Assembly: GCA_951406725.2 (NCBI GenBank)
Contig: OX597829.1
Span: forward strand, 34,782,001-34,846,000
Direction: 5' to 3'
Origin: Octopus vulgaris
Lineage: Eukaryota
DNA: 64,000 nt
Below are positions 25,260 through 37,379 of this stretch, in pieces. The stretch's first letter is position 1, and every line of letters begins with the position of its first letter. A program made the translations under genes and the position numbers. The notes under the pieces are model-generated. The model was not told the origin of the DNA and searched no databases. It saw nothing but the letters and a program-made list of their open reading frames with translations.

Positions 25260-26559
25260 CTGAGAATGTCTGTATATGTGCATCACTAAAACTTGAGAAC
25301 TACCCAACTGATTTCATTCAAGTTTTACACATGTCTTACTTAGTGTCATGGACATGCAGTGTCATGGACCCAAACAATTTCCAACTTCTTCCCTAATGTG
25401 AGTCCAGAGCAATCTCTTATCTCTTACACTGTCTCAGTATTACGTATCAAAAGTGAAACAATAACATCTCTTTTGTAATGTGAGATACTTTCAGTTTAAT
25501 AGTTTCATGAGGAATACTGAAACTATTAACGTGAAACTTATATCACAGATATATCTCACACGCATACATGTATATATATATATAATATGCATATATATGT
25601 GTATATACATCTGCACATAATGTATATGTGTATATATATATATGTATGTATGTATAGATCTATATGTATACATGCATAAGTATATACATGTATATATAGA
25701 GATTTATATATATATGTATGTGTGTGTATATATATATATACACACACACACATATATATACTTCTGGTTTCGTTGTGGAAAGATGTGCTTTTTGTGCCCC
25801 TGAAGCAACCAAGAGGGATTCCCTAAATCGACGAAAATTCTACTAAAACTGACAAAAAATCATGGTACTTGTTATTTCATAACAGTCTACTATGATATAG
25901 TGGTAAAAAAATTTAATATATTACACTAAAAGTTCAATATATTACATTAAAGTCAGTGACGCTAGCCAGAGTTATCCTAGAAGAAAGCACATGGTGATAA
26001 ATCGTACTTTCGTTAGTGGCCATGTGTCACATGATTTTTCTTTGAAACAAGACTTCTTCATACAAGAACAAGGTTTGGAATTTTACCTCTTGGTACTAAG
26101 TATCCTACTTGTTTTGTTTATTTAGTTTTATCTTTGGTAATACCGGATGAAAAAAAAAATTTGTGTTAAGATGTATTGTTTGTTTACATTCTATTTGAAA
26201 AATTTATAGTTGCGAATTCGTTACGAAACCTCTTTCTTTTCACTATTGCTTTTTCACTTTATCTTTTTCTTACAACACTCCTCTCACTCTATACCTTTGG
26301 TTTTTCTCTTTCCTTCATATCTTCATTACCTGCTCCTCCCTTCTCTTTCATACCTTTCTCTCTCCTTCTCTTTCATATCTTCCTTTTCCCGCTTCTCTCT
26401 CCCTCCCTTTGTAATACTTAAATTTAGATAATGCACAGTAACCAACTCAGTGTTCTGGAAGTATGTGCATGCATTAGAGACAGACTCCTCACTTTCCAGT
26501 TGGAATTCTCTGCAATCCCCAAACATGTCAGATTACTGGTCCTAAAAAGTGTGCAGAAC

Positions 26560-27150
26560 TTAATTGTGTATGCTGTGCTGGCATTTTTACTGTTGAAAAT
26601 CCAAATGTATCATCTTCACTGACACCAAAGTCCATAACATGCATTGAATTTATTCCTGCAATGCTGCAACACCACCTCAAATGTATGTCCAACTATGACC
26701 CCTCCTAGTTTTGATGGTGTTATTTATCTACTTTCCAAATGCTATGACTTCTTTCTAGTGCATCAGCTTTTGCTTCTCTTCCTATTATGCCTTAGTAATT
26801 GCATTCCCTCAAAACAGCAGGAAATTTCCAGCATTATTCCTCTGTTCAAAAAGGTTAACTGTACATTATCTGTTAATTATTCACTTGGTAGTTGCAATAA
26901 CTATAACACCAAATTGATCGAGTCTTGTGTCAGAAAAACACTCTGGAACTTCTGATACTCTTAAACCTTATTTGAACTTCAAATTTGGATTTATCTTTAC
27001 CTCCAGCTGCTGTAGTCAACTCCTCATATTTGTTGAAGACATCACTTGGATTACCTATGGCAGCTCATTGTGGGTGTTTTCTATCTCAGTTTTACCAAAG
27101 CTTTTAATTTTGTGCCACATAAACTACTGGCAAAGATCTCTGCAATGAGC
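26560..27150 (+). mobile_element. Degraded CR1-like RT fragment
   Basis: IIPLFKK..NY, FGF..SCCSQLL and YLSFTKAFNFVPHKLL. Confidence 0.65.
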
Positions 27151-27459
27151 TTAAGGGTTGATCAATCTACTAGCAGCTGTCCGATGAAACGCAACCAGAT
27201 AAATTTCCCTCTGTTAGTCACTTACCATATCTTGAACATCTTGCTTCTCTGGACATAAATACATTAAAACCTTGACCCTTAGCACCGACCAGGTAGAAGC
27301 CCACTAGATTGTCTACCATCTTTCCAACAACAATTGTGGGCACCTTTTTGAATTCACTATATGTACATCAATGGACATATCAAATAAACACACACACGCA
27401 TTCATATTTGTTCACATACCCTAATGGCTTATATTCATTTTCCCTTTCCACTACAATAG

Positions 27460-27573
27460 ACAAGAAGAATTAGAACGCAGGCGTTTAGAAGAAGAAGAAC
27501 GTCTTAGACAAGAGATGGAAATTGAGGCTGCAAGGCGTCAACAGTTGCAACGAGAACATCAGCTAGAACAAGA
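27460..27573 (+). CDS. ACBD3: ACBD3 coding exon 4 (charged coiled-coil region); not in the ORF track
   Basis: TAG acceptor; QEELERRRLEEEERLRQEMEIEAARRQQLQREHQLEQ; donor GA|GTGAGT; phases 2 and 2. Confidence 0.92.
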
Positions 27574-27626
27574 GTGAGTATCTATAGTTTTATACTTTAT
27601 GAGTATGCATAAACTGATTAGTAGTA

Positions 27627-27960
27627 TCATCATCATCGTTTAACATCTGCCTTCCATGCTAGCATGGGTGGGATGGTTTCACAAGAGCTGGCCAGGCCAA
27701 AGCCTGTACCAGACTTCTGTGACTGTTTTGGTAGGATTTTTACAGCTGGATGCCCTCCCTAACACCTACCACTCAGCAGAGTAGACTTAGTGCTTTTTTT
27801 GTGGCACAAGCACAGTCGAGGTGAATGATGCTTTTTACATGGCACAAGCACAGTCAAGGTCACTTTTGACAAGGTTTTTACATTTGGATGTCCTGAACAC
27901 CAACCACTTTACAGTATGGACTGGGTGCTTTTAAGTGGCACCTGCTCTGACAGGGTCACC
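27627..27960 (-). mobile_element. Older RTE 3' tail fragment
   Basis: CATCATCGTTTAAC..CCATGCTAGCATGGG..TACAGCTGGATGCCC. Confidence 0.75.
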
Positions 27961-28723
27961 AAGTACTTGCAAGGCAAAAAAATTTGTAAACATTGTTACC
28001 TTTTTAAGATGTGTATGTTTATACGTGACATCAGTGATGTATCAGATACAAATGTTTTGATGTGATTGTGCCTCCTCAGTAACAGACATCATCTGGTACT
28101 TACTTTGGAGCTAAGTAACTAAAGTCATCAACTACTTCCAAAGATCTATCTAAACTTTTGAAAGAATCTATTTTCTGAGTGTGCTTAATGCTCCAGTGCA
28201 CTTGTTGTATGTGAAATCTTCCTTCTGTGATCTTCCATATACAAATACAACCTTCCATGATAACCTTCCTATTATTCTACTGCATCTCTTGTGCATGCAC
28301 AGCTTGCATACCACATGTAATTCCTGCCTATATATCAATATTTCCATGTATAAATATATTTTATATAGATGCAGACATGGCTTTGTGGCTAAGAAACTCA
28401 CTTTGCAACCACATGGTTTTAGGTTCAGTCTCACTGTGCAGCATCTTGGGAAGTAAACTAGCCTTGGCTTAAACAACTACCTTGTATGTATCTTTGAGTC
28501 TGTGTTTGACCAACCCATTTAACTGGTTGACAACCGGTCTTGATTTGATTATGTCCCTGTAACTGTGACTTAACAGTTAACAGTTCAGTAATAAAATGAG
28601 TACCAGACTTAAAAAGTAAGTACTGGGGTCAGCTTGACTAAAACCCTTCAAGGCAATGTGCCAGCTTGGCTGCAGACCTATGATTGAAAAATGTAATAGA
28701 TAAACGATATATAAATAATTGTA

Positions 28724-29125
28724 GGCGCAGGAGTGGCTGTGTGGTAAGTAGCTTGCTAACCAACCACATGGTTCCGGGTTCAGTCCCACTGCGTGGCATC
28801 TTGGGCAAGTGTCTTCTGCTATAGTCTTGGGCCGACCAAAGCCTTGTGAGTGGATTTGGTAGACGGAAACTGAAAGAAGCCTGTCGTATATATGTATATA
28901 TATATATATGTATGTGTGTGTCTGTGTTTGTCCCCCTAGCATTGCTTGACAACCGATGCTGGTGTGTTTACGTCCCCGTCACTTAGCGGTTCGGCAAAAG
29001 AGACCGATAGATTAAGTACTGGGGTTACAAAGAATAAGTCCTGGGGTCGATTTGCTCGACTAAAGGCGGTGCTCCAGCATGGCCGCAGTCAAATGACTGA
29101 AACAAGTAAAAGAGTAAAAGAGAAT
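28724..29125 (+). mobile_element. Full-length tRNA-derived SINE family A (an older copy lies at about 28372-28700)
   Basis: Head GGCGCAGGAGTGGCTGTGTGGTAAG, B-box-like GGTTCAGTCCC, internal (TA/TG)n, tail GAAACAAGTAAAAGAGTAAAAGAG. Confidence 0.9.
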
Positions 29126-29327
29126 ATACATATATCAGTGTGTGTGTATATATATATATGTGTATGTGTGTGTAAATATATAATTTCTTTTGGCTATAAA
29201 AATACTGTGCATATATAAATTCACAAACACACACACACATCTATATGTATCTGTGTGTATGTGTACATATATCTGTCTGTGTGTATAAATATTACTCATT
29301 TAAGAATTTCTGTTTTTCTACATCCAG

Positions 29328-29415
29328 GATGCAGATACGAGCAGCCCTTAATCAGCAAACAGCTGTCCAGTTCCAACAGTATGCTGAGGCCCAATATCCA
29401 AAGAATCGGCAACAG
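29328..29415 (+). CDS. ACBD3: ACBD3 coding exon 5 (Q domain)
   Basis: CAG acceptor; MQIRAALNQQTAVQFQQYAEAQYPKNRQQ; donor CAG|GTTTGC; phases 2 and 0. Confidence 0.95.
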
Positions 29416-29765
29416 GTTTGCTGCACCATTAAATATCTACATACTAATAATGGATATGTTTGTATATATGTGTGGGTGTTTAGATATGTATATGAAGTTA
29501 GGAATGTGTGTGTGTATAGTAAGATAATAGGGTAATGCAGTTGAGAAAGTAAAGGAGTGGGGTGAAATAAAATATAACAACATAAAATACAATAAAAAGT
29601 AGAGTACAAGGAGGTATGAGGAGGTTTGATATTCCATATTAAAACTTTGGATATAAAAGTGCAGATATGTGTGCATAGGACAATTAAATTATTACACAGG
29701 GGTTCCTCGAGCCAGTGAAATGTTTCCTTGGGGTTCCGCTCCAGCAAAAAGTTTGAAAAGCACTG

Positions 29766-30448
29766 ATCTAGAGAATGACCACAGGGTTATCTTTACAAAA
29801 CAAACAACCTTGCAACAAGCACTTCCTTCTAAAGAAACTACCCTTACTGCCTTTTTTAAGTTGTATCAAGTAGATGGAGATGTAATAAAACTCCTTTACC
29901 CACAATTACCCAAGTATTACACCTAAATTATTCAATGGGGCAAGGTTGATTGTGAAGACATTACCACCTAATGCGATAGAAGCTGCCATCATCACTAGAT
30001 GTGCCTCTGGGGAAGAGATTTTCATTCCAAGAATTCCAATCAAGCCAATAGGCATGTCATTTGAGTTCAAACAAACACAGTTCCCAGTGTGACTTTGCTT
30101 CACAATGTCTATTAATAAAGCTCAGTGTCAGACTTTGAAATGTACTGGCTTGCTTTTTTCATGGTCAACTTTGTTGGTTGCTCCAGGGTAGGTAGTTTGC
30201 CAGACTTATTTGTCTATGCTCCAAACCAGAAAACAAAGAATGTTGTTTACCCAGAAGCTCTTATTATTATTAATATTATTTTGTATTATGAATTCAGGAT
30301 TGATTTCCCAATTAAAGAATAAATTGTATCCCAATTGAAGAGTAAATTGAACTTAGAATAACAAATTTCTATACAACATATTTTGCTTTTTTCTTCCACT
30401 ATATAAGGAACAATTTCATTCCCCGGAAACGTCGGGTGCCTCTGCTAG
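29766..30448 (+). mobile_element. Internally deleted Helitron 3' part (Rep-proximal segment joined to PIF1 helicase C-terminus)
   Basis: LENDHRVIFT..TTLTAFFKL..LLYPQLPKYYT, then IFIPRIPI..FEFKQTQFPV*LCFTMSINKAQCQTL..TKNVVYPEAL; 3' hairpin CCCGGAAACGTCGGG and CTAG at 30445-30448. Confidence 0.85.
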
Positions 30449-30707
30449 CATATACATAGTTGGCCAGAAGTCATTTGACAGTAAATCAAAATTTCATAAA
30501 TAGTATCTGTAATTCTGTATTGACTCGAATGGAAGAATGTGTTGCTCACGGAGGAGTTCAGTTTGAACAATTTTCATGATGTTTCATATTTAGATATTTT
30601 TATTAAATTCATTCAGTTGTTAAACATAAATAAATCTTGTTATTAAATAGGTTTGATTTACTGTCATGTGACTTTGGGTCAACTCTGTATGTATGTATGT
30701 ATGTATG

Positions 30708-30751
<44 letters not shown>

Positions 30752-30839
30752 CACACACACACATCCATACATAAACTGTCTTACCTACTGCCATGTCTAA
30801 CAACATCCACTCCTATGCAGATGAAACAACCCTTCATTC

Positions 30840-31550
30840 CTTCTTAACTTCCCATAACCACGTCTCATCCACACATAATTAAAATACCACATGCCAAACT
30901 TGCATTAATTCTGTATGGGGAAGCTTCAAGGTCATCTTCAAGTGGGTCCCTTCTAACTTTGTTCCTATTAACAGTAAAAAAAGTGATGTACTACATCCCT
31001 TCTAAACATGAATGGTATTTGGCTAGAGACCTCCAAGTGTTGGGTCTCACTATCACTGAAGATCTTTTTCAGTGAAATCACATCTTTCACATAGCTTGAA
31101 CTACATCCCCAAAATTAGGCCTTCAATTCAGGACCTGAAGATATTCATCTCCTTACAGATGCTGACATACTACAAAGTGCATGTGTGGCCCATCACATTT
31201 TGGTCTGTGTGATTGCTCCACATACTGACATCTTGGACCACATCCACAAAACGGCCACTTAACTGATTGGCATTCAATCCTTTATGAACACTCTCCAGCC
31301 TTTGGCCCACAAATATACTGTCTCCTCTCTCTTGCTCTCTGATTTTTCTATTGCTACTGTAATAGTCCCTACTCCCCTGATCTGGTCTTCTATCTACGCC
31401 ACTCAGGCACCTCCAACCCACTCATTTCTCCTCCCATCATCCTTTTTGGATCCAAACCTCCCTTCCTCTCTGGCTCTACACTAATCATTGTGCTTAGTCA
31501 TTCCTTTTCAGGAGGTCAACATTTTGGAATTTCTGTTACTTCCTTCAAAC
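30840..31550 (+). mobile_element. Degraded CR1/Jockey-like LINE 3' region
   Basis: LDHIHK..LIG..LQPLAH resembles the post-RT region of these LINEs. Confidence 0.5.
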
Positions 31551-31675
31551 AAGTAAAAAACACACATGCATAAATGCATACACATGTACACATACACAAA
31601 TATAGAACTAAATACATCTACACAGATATACACTTACACACAATAATGTATATATTTTTTTGTTTCTACATACAG

Positions 31676-32939
31676 CAAGAAGAGCTGATTGGCCAGCTAC
31701 AAGAGCAACATTTCCACCAATACATGCAGCAAGTCTACCGTCAGCAATTGATACATCAACAGCAACAATATATCCAGTTGCAGTCTTTGAACAGGCATCC
31801 CACAGCTCCTTGCTATGACAATGCTGTTTCTTCATTGACATCCACAGTTTGCCCTGGTAGTGGTAGTGGTAATAATAATAATAAAGAAGGCTTGGCAAGC
31901 AGTAGAACTCGAGGAGCTGGTAGCAAAATGGCCCATGCTAACCAGTTTTCTCAAAATAATCACATCAGCAATAGTAGTAGTGATGGTTGTGGTGTCAGTC
32001 ATGATAAGAACCATAATAATCCTGGGTCAGCTGATGGTGGTGGGGCAAGTAGTAGTAATAATAATAATAATAATGATAATCATTGGTCAGTTGATGGTGA
32101 GGGGTGTGGAATTAACCATGGTCGTGGGCCGGCCGGTTGTGGTGGTAATGACTTCTCTCAGAATATTGTACAAGGTGAAACTCATTCGACTGCAGCTGGA
32201 GCTGGAAACAGTGGTGTCGGATTGCCTGGTCTTTCAGCTGGTATGAATGTACTTACAACAGGAACGGTGACACCAACTGCAGCCACAGGGGCAGCAGATG
32301 CTACTGCTAGTTCTGATACTATTGCTGGCAATAGCAATGCCACAGGAGTGACCAACACACAGCAAGGCCCACCCTGGCCTGCTGGAGCTAGAACAACTGC
32401 AGCAGCTGGTAATCATATGGGCATGAATTATAACATGTACAACTATAATAGTGGCCATGACAAAAACACTACTCTCAACAGTAATATAAACACAACAAAT
32501 GCAAACAGCAATACTGTTCTTAGTACTACCACTACTGCTTCTACAGTAAGTTCAACCAGTATGTGTAATGCTGCAACCAGTGAACAAGCTGATGGATTGC
32601 ATAATTCAGCATTTGTGCCCCCACATGCTAAAAGTTTATTTGGTATCCCTGGCAGCGCACCAACAGTGGTACCATCATCATCAGTGGCAGACAGTACACT
32701 GCAACCGCACCAACAACAACACTCTTTATCACTATCACAAGTCCCACAACCAGCTCATTCTAGCTTGTCCCAGCAAAATGAAGGGTTGTACAATAACAAC
32801 AACAACAATAATAGCTACTCTACGAACAATAACAATAACAACACACCACACTCCAATGACCCAGCGATGGCTGAGGAAGTTGATGGTGAAGATGAGGCTG
32901 CCATCCATGGGAGTGCTGCCGATGGTTATGGAGATATGG
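31676..32939 (+). CDS. ACBD3: ACBD3 coding exon 6 (Q-domain end plus about 380-aa N/G/S/T/Q low-complexity linker)
   Basis: TACAG acceptor; QEELIGQLQEQHFHQYMQQVYRQQL; 1264 nt open; donor G|GTATGT, phase 1 matches exon 7. Confidence 0.88.
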
Positions 32940-33029
32940 GTATGTATCTTTCTTTCTCTTGCTCTCTTTCATATGCTTTACTGTACTGCAGAATATATAT
33001 AGTTGTAAGCCAACACTATATATCAACAG

Positions 33030-33064
<35 letters not shown>

Positions 33065-33093
33065 ATATATATGTGTGTGTGTATATATATATA

Positions 33094-33138
<45 letters not shown>

Positions 33139-33155
33139 ATATATGTATGTATTTA

Positions 33156-35084
33156 GTCAGAGGGGAAGCGAATAAGAAAAAATTTGCCAATGTTCTGAGC
33201 CGTGAGGATGAAAGACTTGAGGTATTTCGTGTTGCAAGACAGTGTGTGAGAGAGAATCGTGATGTGGTAGGAGAGAAGTGTGTTCGCATGGATGATGGTT
33301 CACTTGCGCTAAATGAGGATGCAAAGAGAGAGGTTTGGAGATGCCACTATGAAAGGTTGCTGAATAAAGAAAATGAATGGGATAAAGAGAGTCTGCCGAA
33401 TGTTGACCCAACAGAGGGACCAGCTATCCAAGTTGATAGTTCCGTGGTAGCTAAGGCAATTAGAAAAATGAAGACAGGGAAAGCCCCAGGCCCATCAGGA
33501 ATTACTGCAGAGATGCTCAAAATATCTGGCAGTGTCAGCTATAACCTAGTCACCCGTATAGTCAACCAGGTGATACACGAAGGAGTCATACCCAATGACT
33601 GGTGTAGCAGCATACTAGTCAACTGCTACAAAGGTAAAGGAGATGCCCTAGATACAAATAATTACAGAGGTATCAAGCTGTTGGATCAAGTAATGAAGGT
33701 TACGGAGAGGGTCATAGCCCAACTAATTAGAGAGAGAGTTAGTTTAGATGAGATGCAGTTTGGGTTCGTGCCAGGGAAAAGTACCACTGATGCTATATTC
33801 CTGGTAAGGCAGCTGCAGGAGAAATACCTAGCCAAAGATAAGCCCCTGTACCTGGCTTTCGTTGACATGGAGAAAGCTTTTGATAGGGTCCCCCGATCCC
33901 TTATCTGGTGGTCAATGAGGAAACTAGGGATAGATGAATGGCTGGTGAGGACTGTGCAAGCCATGTACAGAGATGCCATAAGTAAGGTTAGGGTTGGCAA
34001 CATGTACACAGAAGAATTCAAAGTAGAGGTTGGGGTCCACCAGGGTTCAGTACTCAGCCCCCTCCTATTTATCATAGTCCTCCAGGCAATTACGGAGGAA
34101 TTCAAGACAGGTTGTCCCTGGGAGCTCCTCTACGCTGACGACCTTGCTCTAATTGCTGAGTCACTATCAGAACTGGAGGAGAAGTTCCAGGTGTGGAAGG
34201 AGGGTTTAGAATCGAGGGGCCTTAGAGTCAACCTAGCTAAAACCAAAGTACTAATAAGTAGGAAGGTAGACAATCCACAAATGTCTTCAGGAAGATGGCC
34301 CTGCTTGATCTGTAGAAAAGGTGTAGGTAGAAACTCTATAAGATGTACCCAGTGTAAGCTATGGACACATAAGAGGTGCAGCAATGTCAAAGGTAGGCTA
34401 ACTGGGAAGATAGTTTTTGTATGTGGCAGATGCTCGGGAGCATTAACCTCCGAAAATCTGCAGAAAACAACTTCCGTCACTTTCCAGGGGGAAAAACTAG
34501 AAGTAGTTGATAGCTTCCGTTATCTAGGTGACCAAGTCAGTAGTGGGGGTGGGTGCGCTGAAAGTGTAACTGCTAGAATAAGAATAGCCTGGGCAAAGTT
34601 TAGGGAGCTCTTACCTCTGCTGGTGACTAAAGGCCTCTCGCTCAGAGTAAAAGGCAGACTGTATGATGCGTGTGTACGAACAGCCATGCTACATGGCAGT
34701 GAAACATGGGCCGTGACTGCTGAGGACATGCGTAAGCTTGTGAGGAATGAAGCCAGTATGCTCCGATGGATGTGTAATGTCAGTGTACATACTCGACAGA
34801 ACGTTAGCACCTTGAGAGAAATGTACCTAAGAAGCATCAGTTGTGGTGTGCAAGAGAGACGATTGCGCTGGTATGGTCATGTGGCGAGAATGGATGAAGA
34901 TAGGTGTGTGAGAAAGTGCCAATCCCTAGCAGTTGAGGGAACCCGTGGAAGAGGTAGACCCAGGAAAACCTGGGACGCGGTGGTGAAGCATGACCTTCGA
35001 ACTTTAGGCCTCACTGAGGAAATGACCAGCGACCGAGACCTTTGGAAATATGCTGTACGTGAGAAGACCAGGCAGGACAAGTGA
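33156..35084 (+). CDS. RTE LINE ORF, 5'-partial: reverse transcriptase plus PHD-like C4HC3 finger, no endonuclease
   Basis: KAPGPSGI, NYRGIKLL, QFGF, FVDMEKAFDRV, GVHQGSVLSPLLF, LLYADDL, FRYLG, RRLRWYGHV, GRGRPRKTW; the upstream part of ORF 33051 is microsatellite. Confidence 0.9.
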   Translation, partial: VRGEANKKKFANVLSREDERLEVFRVARQCVRENRDVVGEKCVRMDDGSLALNEDAKREVWRCHYERLLNKENEWDKESLPNVDPTEGPAIQVDSSVVAKAIRKMKTGKAPGPSGITAEMLKISGSVSYNLVTRIVNQVIHEGVIPNDWCSSILVNCYKGKGDALDTNNYRGIKLLDQVMKVTERVIAQLIRERVSLDEMQFGFVPGKSTTDAIFLVRQLQEKYLAKDKPLYLAFVDMEKAFDRVPRSLIWWSMRKLGIDEWLVRTVQAMYRDAISKVRVGNMYTEEFKVEVGVHQGSVLSPLLFIIVLQAITEEFKTGCPWELLYADDLALIAESLSELEEKFQVWKEGLESRGLRVNLAKTKVLISRKVDNPQMSSGRWPCLICRKGVGRNSIRCTQCKLWTHKRCSNVKGRLTGKIVFVCGRCSGALTSENLQKTTSVTFQGEKLEVVDSFRYLGDQVSSGGGCAESVTARIRIAWAKFRELLPLLVTKGLSLRVKGRLYDACVRTAMLHGSETWAVTAEDMRKLVRNEASMLRWMCNVSVHTRQNVSTLREMYLRSISCGVQERRLRWYGHVARMDEDRCVRKCQSLAVEGTRGRGRPRKTWDAVVKHDLRTLGLTEEMTSDRDLWKYAVREKTRQDK

Positions 35085-35168
35085 GCCCAGCTCACTTATG
35101 AATGCTTTTCCTCCCTTGGACACAAAGACCTGCTGAGGCAAGCGAAGTCGATATAGGACCTCATCCGA

Positions 35169-35740
35169 CGACAGGCACCCATGCCAACCCCCTTTGCTTG
35201 CGAAGACATGTTGGGGCAAGCGAAATCGAAATCGAATTGAACCAGCCAGGATCCCTGGTCTGGTGGTACGTAAAAAGCACTATCCGACTCGTGGCCGGTG
35301 CCAGTGCTGCCTACACTGGCTTCCGTGCCGGTGGCACGTAAAATACACCAATCCAACCGTACGACAGGTACCCATGCCAACCCCCTTTGCTTGCGAAGAC
35401 ATGTTGGGGCAAGTGAAATCGAAATCGAATTGAACCAGCCAGGATCCCTGGTCTGGTGGTACGTAAAAAGCACTATCTGACTCGTGGCCGATGCCAGCGC
35501 TGCCTCCACTGGCTTCCGTGCCGGTGGCACGTAAAATACACCAATCCGACCGTACGACAGGCACCCATGCCAACCCCCTTTGCTTGCGAAGACATGTTGG
35601 GGCAATCGAAATCGAATTGAACCAGCCAGGATCCCTGGTCTGGTGGTACGTAAAAAGCACTATCCGACTCGCGGCCGATGCCAGCACCGCCTCGACTGGC
35701 TTCCGTGCCGGTGGCACATAAAATACACCAATCCGACTGT
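35169..35740 (+). repeat. Three tandem 193-bp units in the LINE 3' UTR
   Basis: CGACAGG(C/T)ACCCATGCCAACCCCC recurs at 35169, 35362 and 35555. Confidence 0.9.
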
Positions 35741-36029
35741 GGCCGTTGCCAGCCTCGCCTGGCACCTGTGCAGGTGGCACGTAAAAAGTACCCACTATAC
35801 TCACGGAGTGGTTGGCGTTAGGAAGGGCATCCAGCTGTAGAAACATTGCCAGATAAGACTGGAGCCTGGTGCAGCCTTCTGGTTTCCCAGATCCCCGGTC
35901 GAACCATCCAACCCATGCTAGCATGGAGAACAGACGTTAAACGATGATGATGATGATGTATATATTTTATTCTTTTACTTCATCAGCATCATCATCATCA
36001 TTTAACGTCCGTTTTCCATGCTAGCATTG

Positions 36030-36355
36030 TCATTTTGACTGTGGCCATGCAAGAGCACTGCCTTTAGTCAAACATATCTTTGTAAGCTTAGTACTTATTC
36101 TATTGGTCTCTTTTGCCAAATTGCTAAGTTTCTGGGACATAAACACACCAACATCAGTTGTCAAGCAATGATGAAGGCACAAATACACACACACATACAT
36201 TGTGGGCTTCTTTCAGTTTCTGTTCTCCAAATCCATTTGCAAGGCTTTGGTTTGTCTGTGGCTATAGTAGAAGACATTTACCCAAGGTGCCATGCAGTGG
36301 GACTGAACCTGGACCCATGTGGTTGGGAAGCAAGCTTCTTACCACTCAGCCACTT
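36030..36355 (-). mobile_element. SINE family A
   Basis: CCCAAGGTGCCATGCAGTGGGACTGAACC..CTTACCACTCAGCCAC. Confidence 0.8.
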
Positions 36356-36862
36356 CTGTACTATATATGTGTATATATAATATGTTATATATTTAATTGG
36401 CAGAAGTTACAAACTGACTCAAAGGCTAAGAGTTGCATGTATTGGTGCTTAGCAGATGCTTACCAGTGCCGCTTTCTATTACCAAATCTATTATAGTGTG
36501 TGTGTATGTGCGTGTGTGCATGCATATATTTGTGTATGTATGTATGTGAAAAAATGTGGCCTAGTGGTTAAGGTGTACTCCAAACTCAAGATCATCTTTT
36601 CAATTCTCAGATTGAGTAGTGCACTGTGTTCTTGAACTGAAAACTTTATTCATGTTGCTCTGCGATCACTTTGACATTTGATTTGTAGTACACCATTTAT
36701 CTGTACAGGCAATGTTGATGGAAGAAGTGAGCTAATGTACAGCACAAACATTTGATGACTATAAATAAATTAGCTGTGCAGGTTTTTTTAGCAAGAAATC
36801 GCAGAACCTTTATCTATCGTCTACAGCAGCAGAGTCCACCATTTATGTATGTACCAACAGCA

Positions 36863-37256
<394 letters not shown>

Positions 37257-37379
37257 TATATACACATACATATATTTATATGTATAGATGTCTAAATATA
37301 TATGTATTATGTGTACGCATGCAAACACCTATGTGTATATGAGGACGAAGTTGCGTACACATATACATATATACATGTG

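Larger units (their letters stand above)
33155..35958 (+). mobile_element. Young 5'-truncated RTE-clade LINE in ACBD3 intron 6
   Basis: Open RT frame to 35084, about 870-bp 3' UTR with 193-bp tandem units, (GAT)n tail; near-TSD ATGTATGTATTT (33143-33154) / ATGTATATATTT (35956-35967). Confidence 0.95.

Noticed and set aside
27175-27200. CCGATGAAAC hammerhead-like fragment
   Set aside because: No stem II and no cleavage-site context
32546-32551. Strong GTAAGT donor inside exon 6 as the real exon end
   Set aside because: Phase 0 is incompatible with the phase-1 start of exon 7
31574-33175. Stand-alone 533-aa gene
   Set aside because: It is ACBD3 exon 6 with intronic read-through at both ends
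35096-35924. Recurring ORFs such as MLAWVG..LDALPNANHS
   Set aside because: Chance frames in the non-coding LINE 3' UTR; frame is not kept between copies
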